The notes under the pieces were generated by a model. That model was not told the DNA's origin. It saw only the letters and a program-made list of their open reading frames with translations, and made no database searches. From a bacterium (GTDB taxonomy: Bacteria > UBA8248), in assembly GCA_965199855.1 (NCBI GenBank), contig OZ241326.1:160001-224000 (forward strand): a DNA stretch of 64,000 nucleotides, in the 5' to 3' direction. This document shows positions 1 to 9,808 of this stretch, piece after piece. Position 1 is the first letter of the stretch, and each line of letters begins with the position of its first letter. Position numbers and translations under genes: made by a program.

Positions 1-144
1 CGAAACGCCGCTGGTCGCCTTGTAGGCGGGCAGCTTCGTGTCCACCGTCAGGGCGGCGTCGCCGGGCGCTGCGGCGAGGGCGAGGCATACGGCGGCGAGG
101 GCGGCCAGCCCCCGGACTTTCACAACTCTTCTCGTTGCCGACAT
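1..144 (-). CDS. pstS: Phosphate ABC transporter substrate-binding protein, N-terminal part (runs off the window)
   Basis: Manual translation from ATG 144 gives MSATRRVVKVRGLAALAAVCLALAAAPGDAALTVDTKLPAYKATSGVS: a signal peptide plus a PstS-like 'VDxxLPxYxxxSGVS' start. GAAAGGAG RBS upstream; lies downstream of phoBR. Confidence 0.8.
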   Translation of the reverse strand, partial: MSATRRVVKVRGLAALAAVCLALAAAPGDAALTVDTKLPAYKATSGVS

Positions 145-211
145 TCTCTTTTCTCCTTTCGTCGAACGGGTTGAAACTACGGGAAAAAACGAGAGACTTT
201 GTTGCGTTTCC

Positions 212-240
212 ATGACAGAACGGTGAATTTCCCGCGACAT
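212..240 (-). promoter_or_regulatory. Putative Pho box (PhoB-binding direct repeats)
   Basis: Minus strand reads ATGTCGC-gggA-AATTCAC-cgtt-CTGTCAT: three 7-bp half-sites at 11-bp spacing, one matching CTGTCAT exactly, upstream of pstS. Confidence 0.6.
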
Positions 241-529
241 CGACGCTCCCCCCTCCCCCGAGACGGGGAACCGACCCTCCCGTCGCTGCGGCGCGAACAC
301 CGGAGCGTCCGGGAGCGGCGTCGCCTTTTCACATCGGCCATCAGCCGCGAGCGAAGGCGCTCTCTCCCGCGATGCGCTCCCAAGACGGGAGGAATATAGA
401 AAATTACGGAGCCGGAAAGTTGCGAAAAGGTGACGATTGGGTGATTTTTCGGACAAATTGAATGTATCGGCGCGCGGGCTTCCGCGAAGCGTGCGCGAAG
501 CGTCCCGAAAAGGCGGGCGCCCTCCCCGC

Positions 530-2299
530 TCAGGGCGTCGGCGTGGTGAAGCGGAAGGTGGAGCCCCGGCCCGGCGCGCTCTCGACCCACACGTCTCCGC
601 CCATCTCCTGAACGAGGTGCTTCACGATGGAAAGCCCCAGGCCGGTGCCTCCGTTCTCGCGCGAGCGGGCGGAATCCACCCGATAGAAGCGCTCGAATAT
701 CCGGGGCAGGTGCTCGGGGGGGATTCCCTCGCCCCGATCCGCCACGGAAACCTCGACGAAGCCGTCCTCGCGCAGGCGCCCGGAGACGGCGACCTCGCCT
801 CCCTCGGCGCTGTAGTTCGCGCCGTTCTCGACCAGGTTGATCAGAATCCGCTCGAGCGCCGCCGGGTCCGCCCAGACCCGGTCGGCCTCCCCGGGAACCT
901 CCGCCGCCAGGCGGACGCCCCTTTTCTCGACGACGGGCGCCAGGGCGTGGGCGGCCGCGTCCATCGCGCCCCGCAGGGAGGCACTCTCGGGGCGGACGTG
1001 CTCCTCCCCGGACTCTATCCTGCCCAGCTCGAGCAGATCCTCGACCAGGGCCGAGAGCCGCCGGGCGTGGCGGGTGATGGTCGAGGCGAAGCGCCGCGTC
1101 GCGTCGGGGTCCGAGCGCGCGGTCATCTGGAGCGTCTCGGACGCCCACTGTATCGCCGTCAGGGGCGTGCGCAGCTCATGGGAGACGTTGGCGGTGAACT
1201 CCCGCCGGATTCCCGCGAGCCGCTTGATCTCGGTGACGTCGTGAAACACGAGGACGAGGCCCGCGTCCTCCCCCGCGCCCCGCCGCTTCGCGTGGAGCGC
1301 CAGGGCGCGGGCGGGGAGAACCTCCACCTCGCGCTCCACGCGGGGGACGGAGCGGGCGAGCATCTCCCGCACCGTCTCCTGCACCTCGGTGGAGCGCACG
1401 GTCTCCAGAGGAATCGGCGATCCGTTCCCGAAGGCCGGAAGCGAGGGGAAGAAATCCCTCAGCGCGGAGTTCGCGAGGAGGATGTCCCCCGAGGCGTCCG
1501 TGACCATGACGCCCTCGGTCATTCCCTCGAGAATCGCCTCCAGGCGATCCCGCTCGCGGCGCAGCTCGTCGAAGCGGCCCTCCACCTCGGAGGCGAGCCT
1601 GTTCATCGCGCGGGCGAGTTCGCCCAGCTCGTCTTTTCGCCGGGAGGCGGCGCGGCGGCTGAAGTCGCCCCGGGAGACGCGCTCCACGGCGTCGTGGACG
1701 TCGGAAAGCCCCCGCCGCGCGATGACGCCCGCCCAGCAGCTCACCGCGGCGGCGAGCAGGAGCGCGAACGCCCCGGCCGCGAGGAGGAGGCTCCGCGTTC
1801 CGCCTATCGTCTCCTCGACTTCCTGAAGGCTCATGGCCAGGCGGAGCGCGCCGCCGGCCAGGGGGCCCGCCTCTATCGGAAGCGCCAGATAGAGCGCGTC
1901 CCCGTCGGGCGTCCGGACGCGCCGCGCGCCCATCCCCTTCTCGCGGGCCGCGGCGACTTCGGGCCAGGCGGGGCGGTGCCCGGCCGCCTCGGCGCCATCG
2001 AGAGCGAGGTCGGAGTCCGCGAGGGGGCGGCCCGCGGGAGAGAGTATCGTCACCCGGACGCCGAGGGCGCGTCCGATCTCATCGGCGAGCTCATCCAGCC
2101 GGGGGGCGGCGGCGCCCGCGGCGGGCAGGGAGGCCAGCTGGCGCCGGGCGAGGCGCGCGCCGCGGGCGAGGCTCTCCTCCGCCTGCTTCACCAGCCGGGC
2201 GGAGAGGCCGAAATGGACGTAGATCAGCCCCGCCCCGAACGCCGCGGCGACGACCGCCAGACAGCCCGCCGTCAGCTTCCCGTAGAAGGATCTCCGCAT
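530..2299 (-). CDS. phoR: Sensor histidine kinase, PhoR-like (2 TM, HAMP, PAS, HisKA, HATPase)
   Basis: Motifs FTANVSHELRTPLT, NLVENG, DRGEGI, FERFYRVD and GGTGLGLSIVKH; between phoB and pstS. Confidence 0.88.
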   Translation of the reverse strand: MRRSFYGKLTAGCLAVVAAAFGAGLIYVHFGLSARLVKQAEESLARGARLARRQLASLPAAGAAAPRLDELADEIGRALGVRVTILSPAGRPLADSDLALDGAEAAGHRPAWPEVAAAREKGMGARRVRTPDGDALYLALPIEAGPLAGGALRLAMSLQEVEETIGGTRSLLLAAGAFALLLAAAVSCWAGVIARRGLSDVHDAVERVSRGDFSRRAASRRKDELGELARAMNRLASEVEGRFDELRRERDRLEAILEGMTEGVMVTDASGDILLANSALRDFFPSLPAFGNGSPIPLETVRSTEVQETVREMLARSVPRVEREVEVLPARALALHAKRRGAGEDAGLVLVFHDVTEIKRLAGIRREFTANVSHELRTPLTAIQWASETLQMTARSDPDATRRFASTITRHARRLSALVEDLLELGRIESGEEHVRPESASLRGAMDAAAHALAPVVEKRGVRLAAEVPGEADRVWADPAALERILINLVENGANYSAEGGEVAVSGRLREDGFVEVSVADRGEGIPPEHLPRIFERFYRVDSARSRENGGTGLGLSIVKHLVQEMGGDVWVESAPGRGSTFRFTTPTP

Positions 2300-2330
2300 A
2301 CCCAGGCTTCTCCCCGAGCGTCAAGCGGGT

Positions 2331-3029
2331 CTATTCTCCGGACGTCCTCTGAAACCGGTAGCCCACGCCCCGAAGCGTCTGGATCATCTCCTCCCCCGCC
2401 GGGCCGAGCTTCTCCCGGAGGCGGCGGATGTAGGTGTCCACGGTGCGCGGGGTGACGAACTTGTCCTCTCCCCAGATCACGTCGAGCAGCTCGTCGCGGC
2501 TGCGGGCGCGGCCGGGGTGGGCCGCCAGGTGATGCAGAAGGCGGAATTCCGTCGCCGTCAGCGCGAGCGGGCGTCCGTCCAGCGCCGCCTCGTGCTGGCC
2601 GGGGTCGATGGCGAGCGCCCCGCGCCGGAGCGTCCCGCCCGCCTCTTCCGCCGCCGTCCTCGAGCGCGCCAGCACGGCCTTCACCCGGAGGATCACCTCC
2701 CGGATGTTGAAGGGCTTGGTCACGTAGTCGTCCGCGCCCAGCTCGAAGCCGACGATGCGGTCCACCTCCTCGCCCTTGGCCGTCAGCATGATGACGGGAA
2801 GCCGGGCGAGGGAGGAATCGCGCCGGATGAAGCGGCAGACCTCGAGGCCCGAGACGTCGGGAAGCATGAGGTCGAGAATGACCAGCTGAACCGGCCCGGC
2901 CCCGAGCGCCTGGAAGGCTTCCTCGCCGCTCGCCGCCCCGCGCGCGTCGAACCCCTCCGCCTCCAGGTTGTAGATCAGAAGCTCCCGAATGTCGGCTTCG
3001 TCTTCCACGATGAGAATTTTCCTGGCCAT
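2331..3029 (-). CDS. phoB: OmpR/PhoB-family response regulator
   Basis: Motifs ILIVEDE, LDLMLPD, GADDYVTKPF, RTVDTYIRRLREKL and TLRGVGY. Confidence 0.88.
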   Translation of the reverse strand: MARKILIVEDEADIRELLIYNLEAEGFDARGAASGEEAFQALGAGPVQLVILDLMLPDVSGLEVCRFIRRDSSLARLPVIMLTAKGEEVDRIVGFELGADDYVTKPFNIREVILRVKAVLARSRTAAEEAGGTLRRGALAIDPGQHEAALDGRPLALTATEFRLLHHLAAHPGRARSRDELLDVIWGEDKFVTPRTVDTYIRRLREKLGPAGEEMIQTLRGVGYRFQRTSGE

Positions 3030-3249
3030 CCTCGCCCCTCCGCCGGCGAGCCGGGGCGTCCGCCCATCCGGATCGCGCCCCTGTTCTGATAATCAATCGC
3101 CGGGAGAAATTCAACCGGGCGCCTCCGCCCCTCCCGCCGCGCGCGGAAGGATTCGGCGTTTCCCTCGCGATTCCCCTCCCGCCGGACTCGGGAGGCGTCC
3201 GCGCGCGGCGGGAGGGGCGGAAATATATTTCGCGCGAAACGTTTGACGT

Positions 3250-3278
3250 TTGAAAATTACGGCGAAACCGTGCATAAT
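3250..3278 (+). promoter_or_regulatory. Sigma70-like promoter of the ABC transporter operon
   Basis: TTGAAA-17 bp-CATAAT. Confidence 0.55.
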
Positions 3279-3362
3279 GGAAGGCACTGGACGAAAATTC
3301 CGGCCGCGGCGTTCCATCGGGCTTCGGGCCGCCGCGCATCCGACGGCGAGGGGAGTAGCGCG

Positions 3363-4436
3363 TTGGCCTCCATCACGCTCAAGAACCTGGTCAAGAAATT
3401 CGGCGAGACGGTCACCGCCGTCGCGGGCGTCGATCTCGAAGTGGTGGACGGGGAGTTCATGGTGGTGGTCGGGCCCTCGGGCTGCGGAAAAACCACCACG
3501 CTCAACATGATATCGGGCTTCGAGGAGCCCACGAGCGGCACCATGCTCATCGGGGATCGCGTGGTGAACCACCTCGACCCCGGGGATCGGGGGCTCGGCA
3601 TGGTGTTTCAGGACCTCGCCCTGTTCCCCCACATGAGCGTCTTCGAGAACATCGCCTTCGGCCTGCGGGTGGGCAGGACGCCGGAGGCGGAGGCGCGCGA
3701 GCGGGTCGGGAAGGTCGCCCGCACCATGAAGATCTCCCACCTCCTCTCCAAGAAGCCCGCCCAGTGCTCGGGCGGCGAGGCCCAGCGCGTCGCCCTGGCG
3801 CGCACGATCGTGACCGAGCCGGAAGTCCTGCTCATGGACGAGCCGCTCTCCAGCCTGGACGCCAAGCTGCGCATCGAGATGCGCACGGAGCTCAAGCGGC
3901 TCCACGAGGCGCTCCAGTCCACCTTCGTCTATGTCACCCACGACCAGGCCGAGGCCATGACGATGGCCGACCGCATCATGGTCATGGAAGGCGGGCACGT
4001 GCAGCAGATCGACACCCCCCTGGGAATCTACCGCAAGCCCAAAAACCAGTTCGTCGCCACCTTCTTCGGCCAGCCGACGATGAACGTCATTCCGGGGCGC
4101 GTCGAAAACGGCGGCGCGCCGAGGTTCGCGTCCGAGCATTTCGAGGTATCCCTCGCCCCGGACGCCGTCCCCGCCTCCGCCGGCGGCCGGACGGTCAACC
4201 TGGGGGCGCGCTCCGAGAACGTGACCATCGGGGAGGAGGGCGTCCCCGGCGAGGTGCGGCTCATCGAGCCGATGGGCGACGAGACGCTCGTCTTCTTCTC
4301 CTGCGGGAGCGAGGAATACCTCGTGGCCAAGGTGGACGCCGAGCGCGAGTTCAGCCCCGGCGAGAGCATCCGCTTCGGCTTCCAGCCGGGCGGGCTGCAC
4401 TTCTTCGACGCGCAGAGCGGGCTGCGGCTGGAATGA
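3363..4436 (+). CDS. ABC transporter ATP-binding protein (MalK/CUT1 type)
   Basis: Walker A GPSGCGKT, SGGEAQRVALAR, LLMDEPLSSLD, YVTHDQ. TTG start at 3363 chosen from the GGGAG RBS. Confidence 0.92.
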   Translation: MASITLKNLVKKFGETVTAVAGVDLEVVDGEFMVVVGPSGCGKTTTLNMISGFEEPTSGTMLIGDRVVNHLDPGDRGLGMVFQDLALFPHMSVFENIAFGLRVGRTPEAEARERVGKVARTMKISHLLSKKPAQCSGGEAQRVALARTIVTEPEVLLMDEPLSSLDAKLRIEMRTELKRLHEALQSTFVYVTHDQAEAMTMADRIMVMEGGHVQQIDTPLGIYRKPKNQFVATFFGQPTMNVIPGRVENGGAPRFASEHFEVSLAPDAVPASAGGRTVNLGARSENVTIGEEGVPGEVRLIEPMGDETLVFFSCGSEEYLVAKVDAEREFSPGESIRFGFQPGGLHFFDAQSGLRLE

Positions 4437-4575
4437 GGCCCGCGGGGGAGCGGAAAAAAGGAGCGGCGCCGCGCGGCGCGAACGGAGACGAAGCTTGCGC
4501 GAGGATGCTCGCGTTCAACCCCGGCGATTCGAGCGCCGGTCATCGCCTTTCTTTCACGCAGAGGGAGGAGTCAAG

Positions 4576-6045
4576 ATGAAACGATTCGTTTTCGCAGCGC
4601 TGATGCTCACGGGCCTGGCGGGCTTCGCCGCCTCGGCGGCCGTCGCCCAGGTTCTCCCGGGGGCGACGCCCGAGGAGCGCGCCGTCAACGGGGCGAAGGC
4701 CTACATCAAGAAGCATGGACTCAAGAACCCGACCCAGACCATGCTCCTGATCTCGCTCTTCAAGAACGCCCAGCCGAAATACCTCAGGCAGTGGGAGAAG
4801 CTCACCGGCGTCAAGATGAAGACCATCCAGTACGGCTACACCGACATTCCGGCCAAAATCATGGCCGAGGCGGTGGCGAAGACGGGGCAGTACGACGTCA
4901 TCAACCACTTCCCCTACGTCATCCCCGACGCCGTGGGCGCGGGCGTTCTTCAGCCGCTCGACGCCTTCATGGCCAAGGGCAAGCCCGACTTCTCGGGCAT
5001 CGACCCCGGCCTGCTGGCGCAGCAGACCTACAACGGGAAGCACTACTGGTTCATCCTGGACGGCGACCACATCGCCCTGTTCCTGCGCTCGGACATCATG
5101 AAGCTGGGCGCGGCCGAATACAAGGCGAAGTTCGGCAAGGCGCCCGGATGCCCGGACACGATGGCCGAATGGGAGCAGATGGCCAAGTTCTTCCACACGA
5201 AGAAGGGCGCGACCCGCTGGGGCAAAAAATTCGACCAGCCGCTCTACGGCGCCCAGGCCTACCGGAGCATCAACTTCTCCTACCGCCACTTCCCGGCGTA
5301 TCTGGGCACGCTGCTGTTCGACAAGAACATGAAGCCCGCCATCAACACCCCGAACGGCATCCGGGCGATCAAGGAATTCTCCTCGATCGTCAAATACATG
5401 CCGCCCGACGTGCAGGGCTGGGGCACGCCGCAGCTGTATCCCCACTGGGGAAGCGGCCAGGCCTTCTCCTTCATGTCCTTCCCCTCGGCGATGGGCTACG
5501 CCAACCGCAGCCCGAAGAGCAAGATCAGCGGCCATCAGCTCGCCTGCCCGGTTCCGGCGGTGAGCGTGGGCGGCAAGATGGTGCGCCGCGCGCCCCAGGC
5601 GGCCGGCACCGGCTACATGGTGAACCGCCACGGCAAGCACCCCGAGCTCGCCTACTACTTCATCCAGTGGTTCACGGGCCCGACCAAGGGCGACGAGGCC
5701 ATCGCCGACCCCAAGGGCTTCTGGGATCCGATGCGCGCCTCGAACCTCACGAACAAGGCCGTGCTCGACAAGCACACCGAGCCCTTCGTCAAGATGACGA
5801 TGAAGAACGCGAAAAACGCCATTTCGCTCCTCATGATCCCGGGCAACTACGAGTACTTCAACGTGCTCGACAAGAACCTCGCCCAGGTCATGCAGGGCAA
5901 CGCGAGCGCCGCGCAGGCGGCCAAGAACATCGAGAAGGGCTGGGACCGCATCACCGACGACATCGGCCGCAAGGAGCAGATCGCGGCCTGGAGAAAGAGC
6001 GTCGCCAGCGGCGCCTACATCGACAAGTTCGCGCCGGTGAACTAG
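4576..6045 (+). CDS. ABC transporter substrate-binding protein (CUT1/sugar-type)
   Basis: Signal peptide MKRFVFAALMLTGLAGFAASAAVA; GGAGG RBS; operon position. Confidence 0.85.
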   Translation: MKRFVFAALMLTGLAGFAASAAVAQVLPGATPEERAVNGAKAYIKKHGLKNPTQTMLLISLFKNAQPKYLRQWEKLTGVKMKTIQYGYTDIPAKIMAEAVAKTGQYDVINHFPYVIPDAVGAGVLQPLDAFMAKGKPDFSGIDPGLLAQQTYNGKHYWFILDGDHIALFLRSDIMKLGAAEYKAKFGKAPGCPDTMAEWEQMAKFFHTKKGATRWGKKFDQPLYGAQAYRSINFSYRHFPAYLGTLLFDKNMKPAINTPNGIRAIKEFSSIVKYMPPDVQGWGTPQLYPHWGSGQAFSFMSFPSAMGYANRSPKSKISGHQLACPVPAVSVGGKMVRRAPQAAGTGYMVNRHGKHPELAYYFIQWFTGPTKGDEAIADPKGFWDPMRASNLTNKAVLDKHTEPFVKMTMKNAKNAISLLMIPGNYEYFNVLDKNLAQVMQGNASAAQAAKNIEKGWDRITDDIGRKEQIAAWRKSVASGAYIDKFAPVN

Positions 6046-6126
6046 GAGCCGCGTCCGAGACCGCCCGCCCCGGCCCGCCGGGGCGGGCGCCTCGCGGCGG
6101 CGAAACGGGATAAAGACGAAAACGCG

Positions 6127-7080
6127 ATGGCACGCGCCTCGAGGAGAACGCAGCGAAAGGGCCTCGCCGCCTGGCTGGGGCAGGAGAGGGTGTTCCGCCT
6201 GATTCCGTTCATCATGGTGGAGGCGACCTTCCTTCTCCTGCTCGCCGTGCCCTTCATCCTCACCATTTACATCAGCCTGCTCAAGTGGCGCGCCAACCGC
6301 CCCTTCGAGATGGCCTATTTCCACGGCTTCCTGAACTACGTCCGCGTCCTCACCGACGAGGATTTCTGGTGGGCGCTCGGGCGGACGTTCTACTTCGCGG
6401 GAACGGCGGTCGTCCTCGAGCTGATCCTGGGCTTCCTGCTCGCCATGCTGGCCTACAGGCAGTTCCGGGGCAGGCGGCTCTACATCACCATCTTCCTGAT
6501 TCCCATGATGGTGGTCCCTGTCGTCGGGGGCTACAACTTCTCGATGATCTACATCGATTCGGGGCCGCTCAACCAGATTCTCGCTCCGCTCACGGAGGCG
6601 CTGGGCGTCAACCCCCGCATCCGCTGGCTCTCCCACCCCATCGCCGCGCAGTGGGCGATCATCCTCGCCGACGTGTGGCAGTGGACCTCGCTCACGTTCC
6701 TGATCTTCCTGTCGGGCTTCACCGCGCTTCCCCAGCAGATCACCAACGCCGCCCGCGTTCTGGGGGCGAGCCGGTGGCAGATCTTCTGGCGAATCCACCT
6801 GCCGCTGCTCAAGCCCGCCATCATGATCGCCGTCATCATCCGCTCGATGGAGGCGCTCAAGCTCTTCGACCTCTCCGTGCTGCTCACCTTCGGCGGCCCG
6901 GGCACCTCGACGGAGACCATCGCGTTCTTCCTCTGGCGCCAGGTGTGGCAGTTCAACAAATACAGCTTCGGCGCGGCCGCCTCGGTGCTGCTGCTCTTCA
7001 TGTTCGGGGGACTCATCTTCTACGGCATTCACCTGCTCGTGCGCGAGCGCTCCATCGTCGAGGAGGAGCGGATGCGATGA
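6127..7080 (+). CDS. Carbohydrate ABC transporter permease (MalF-like)
   Basis: TM helices, DVWQWT, EAA-like loop NAARVLGASRWQIFWRI. Confidence 0.9.
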   Translation: MARASRRTQRKGLAAWLGQERVFRLIPFIMVEATFLLLLAVPFILTIYISLLKWRANRPFEMAYFHGFLNYVRVLTDEDFWWALGRTFYFAGTAVVLELILGFLLAMLAYRQFRGRRLYITIFLIPMMVVPVVGGYNFSMIYIDSGPLNQILAPLTEALGVNPRIRWLSHPIAAQWAIILADVWQWTSLTFLIFLSGFTALPQQITNAARVLGASRWQIFWRIHLPLLKPAIMIAVIIRSMEALKLFDLSVLLTFGGPGTSTETIAFFLWRQVWQFNKYSFGAAASVLLLFMFGGLIFYGIHLLVRERSIVEEERMR

Positions 7081-8048
7081 AAGACGGCGCGCGGGCCGGG
7101 CGGGCGGAGATGTCCTTCGCCAAGCGCTACGGCCTCTTCTTCTGGTTCCGTCACGCCGCGCTGCTGGGCTGGGCGGTGATGATCATGTTCCCGATCTTCT
7201 GGATGATCTCGACCTCCTTCAAGGACGCGGGCGACTGGGTGGCCTGGCCGCCCAACTGGCTCCCCGCCTTCCTGGGCGGAGGCTACGAGCCCACCCTGCT
7301 GAACTACCGGCAGATTTTCACCCTCGCCGGGCACGGCGAGAGCCTGAGCCGAGAGGCCACCGATCAGGCCTACACCATCTGGGGGGCGGTGCGCGACTCC
7401 ATGCTCATCTCCGCCGTCAGCTCCCTGGTCGCGCTTCTCATGGGGACGTTTCTGGCCTATTCGATATCGCGGTTCAACGTGGGCGGCAAGTATTTCCGCT
7501 ACGTGATCCTCACCATCCGGATGGTGCCGCCCATCGTCATCGCGATTCCCATCGTCATGTATTACGCCATCCTCATTCCGTTCGCCACGCAGTCGGTTCT
7601 CGGGTTCCGCGTCAGCATGATCGACACCTACATCGGCCTCGGCCTCCTCTACACGGCCACCACCCTGCCCTTCGTCATCTGGATGATGCTGAACTTCATC
7701 GAGGAGGTGCCCTTCACCATCGAGCACGCCGCCCAGATCATGGGGGCGAGCCGCATCTACACCATGCGCCGGGTGGTCGTCCCCCTGGTCGCCCCGGGCA
7801 TGGTGGTGACCTTCCTGTTCATCTTCATTCTGAACTGGAGCGAGTTCCTGCTCGCGCTGACGCTCACCCAGCCGAACGTCATCACGCTTCCCGTGCTGCT
7901 CAACAAGTTCCAGAGCGCCGTGGAGGGCAGGCTCTACGGCCCCCAGGCGGCCATCGGCACCGTCATCACCATTCCCGTCGTCATCCTCGGCGTCTTCATC
8001 CAGAAGCACCTCATCACGGGCTTCAGCTTCGGCACCATCCGCAAGTAG
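7077..8048 (+). CDS. Carbohydrate ABC transporter permease (MalG-like)
   Basis: C-terminal part of ORF 6285..8048, ATGA overlap with the upstream gene. Motifs FPIFWMISTSFK, EHAAQIMGAS, FILNWSEF. Confidence 0.9.
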   Translation: MKDGARAGRAEMSFAKRYGLFFWFRHAALLGWAVMIMFPIFWMISTSFKDAGDWVAWPPNWLPAFLGGGYEPTLLNYRQIFTLAGHGESLSREATDQAYTIWGAVRDSMLISAVSSLVALLMGTFLAYSISRFNVGGKYFRYVILTIRMVPPIVIAIPIVMYYAILIPFATQSVLGFRVSMIDTYIGLGLLYTATTLPFVIWMMLNFIEEVPFTIEHAAQIMGASRIYTMRRVVVPLVAPGMVVTFLFIFILNWSEFLLALTLTQPNVITLPVLLNKFQSAVEGRLYGPQAAIGTVITIPVVILGVFIQKHLITGFSFGTIRK

Positions 8049-8161
8049 GGGCGGGGGCGCAAGCCTTTCAGCAGGCGAAAATCCTGTTCTCCCGGTCCGT
8101 CAGGAGAACGGGACGCGCCCGACCAAGGACAAAATCCAATCGCGGAACCCGTCATGCGGAG

Positions 8162-8566
8162 CTACAACAAACGGCGCTTCCGAACGCGGATATAGTTTTC
8201 GAGCGCCTCTACGGCCTTTTTCCCCGAAGCCAGATATTCATCGATAATTTCCTGAAGACCTTTCATATAGGCGCGCTGTCTGTCTCTCGACAATTCCATG
8301 AAATCATCCGATCCCACCCGATTCAAAGATATTGAAACAAAGCGGTCGAGCTTGTGGCAGCGTATCAACTCTTCTATGAGATGAGGTTCAAGGAGATATA
8401 ATTCGCGCTGAACGTTATCAAACGTAGAAGGCGCGTCGAGTTCAATGATTACAAACAGCTTTTTATCTTCTGAAAGAAGTTGATTTACCTTGTCAGCCCA
8501 GCCTTCCAAACTGCTTTTGGCGCTCTCCAGGCTCACCTTCACTTCCACCATCAAAGCTTGGGCCAA
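8162..8566 (-). CDS. Hypothetical protein in an AT-rich islet (possibly 5'-frameshifted)
   Basis: AT-rich ORF. The frame stays open upstream through a hydrophobic segment (ILASALLATLTAVCAYY) that has no start codon. Confidence 0.5.
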   Translation of the reverse strand: MAQALMVEVKVSLESAKSSLEGWADKVNQLLSEDKKLFVIIELDAPSTFDNVQRELYLLEPHLIEELIRCHKLDRFVSISLNRVGSDDFMELSRDRQRAYMKGLQEIIDEYLASGKKAVEALENYIRVRKRRLL

Positions 8567-9044
8567 CCCGATTTGACGATGGCGCCGATCTCGATAGTAA
8601 GCGCAAACAGCCGTCAGAGTGGCCAGAAGCGCCGAAGCGAGAATCGCGCAGGTTGAAGGAATTCTTTATCGAAAGTCGGGAAGGAACTCACAAGGAAAGA
8701 GAAGTCGGATCGTTATTCCGAAATCCTAATGCCCGGAATCTTGGCGCATCTCATATCTTTATCCAAAAGGGCACTGCGAGAAATTACAGAAATGCGCCTA
8801 CACTAGCAAAATGGGTCCATAACTCATGTTGGAATTCCTCCTCGTCAACATAGTTGGAGACCAGACAGCCGCCAACCAAACCCTCCGTTGAGAATCTCGC
8901 GCATGAGAAACCGCTTGTCAAGGCGGCTTGATCGGTTTTTCATCCGTAGAGTCTGAAGCAGGCCAGCCGCTGAACGCCCCGGGAAATCGCCGCGCAAGCG
9001 GCCGCGGGAAAGTCGGGCGTCCGCCGGGCTCGCCCGCATCAAAC

Positions 9045-9136
9045 TGGCGGAGAGGGAGGGATTCGAACCCCCGGTGCGGTCGCCCGCACAACAGATTTCG
9101 AGTCTGCCGCCTTAAACCGGACTCGGCCACCTCTCC
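9045..9136 (-). tRNA. tRNA-Ser(CGA)
   Basis: GGAGAGG acceptor stem, anticodon arm GCAGA-CT-CGA-AA-TCTGT, long variable arm, GGTTCGAATCC, encoded CCA. Confidence 0.96.
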
Positions 9137-9149
9137 GGAGCGAAAGTCC

Positions 9150-9653
9150 TCAGCGCGCGGCCCGCCTCGCCTCCCGGGCGAGGCGGCGGCGCTCCTCGAA
9201 GAAGGCGCGGAGCATCGCGCTGCTCTCCTCCGCCATCACGCCCGAGGTCGTCGGCACGCGGTGGTTCAGGCGCGGGTCGGAGGGAATGTCGAACAGCGAG
9301 CCGCAGGCGCCGCCCTTGGGGTCCGCGGCGCCGAAAACGAGCCTGGCGATTCTCGCGTTGATCAGCGCACCCGCGCACATGGGGCAGGGCTCGAGCGTCA
9401 CATACAGGGTGGCGCCGTCGAGCCGCCATATCCCGTCCGTCTCGGCCGCCTCCCGGAGCGCGAGCACCTCGGCGTGCGCGGTGGGGTCGCAGGCGGCCTC
9501 GCGCCTGTTGAACCCGCGGCCCAGCACCCGTCCCCCGCGCACCACAAGGGCGCCCACGGGCACGTCGCCCGTCTCCTCGGCCATCCTGGCCAGCGCCAGC
9601 GCCTCCTCCATCCACCGCCGATCCTCGCGCGCCCGCGCCGCCGCACCCGCCAT
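9150..9653 (-). CDS. tadA: tRNA adenosine(34) deaminase
   Basis: Motifs VPVGA, DPTAHAE, WRLDGATLYVTLEPCPMCAGA, DPKGGACGS. Confidence 0.95.
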   Translation of the reverse strand: MAGAAARAREDRRWMEEALALARMAEETGDVPVGALVVRGGRVLGRGFNRREAACDPTAHAEVLALREAAETDGIWRLDGATLYVTLEPCPMCAGALINARIARLVFGAADPKGGACGSLFDIPSDPRLNHRVPTTSGVMAEESSAMLRAFFEERRRLAREARRAAR

Positions 9654-9808
9654 CCTCTCCTCCGTTCGCTCTCCCTCGCGGCGTCTAAAAGACCACGAAT
9701 CGAAGCCTCTGGCAAGGCGAAGGGACGCGGCCGCGCTTGTCCGACGCGCAAAAACCTGAGAGGCTTGGGGCCGCATCCATCTCTCACACTTCTTTCGAGG
9801 ACGCCCCT

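Noticed and set aside
6060-6092. GC hairpin after the substrate-binding gene as an ncRNA
   Set aside because: It looks like the typical intercistronic mRNA-stabilising stem of ABC operons.
9045-9136. Long-variable-arm tRNA as tRNA-Sec (selC)
   Set aside because: The anticodon is CGA, not TCA, and the acceptor stem is a normal 7 bp, so it is tRNA-Ser.
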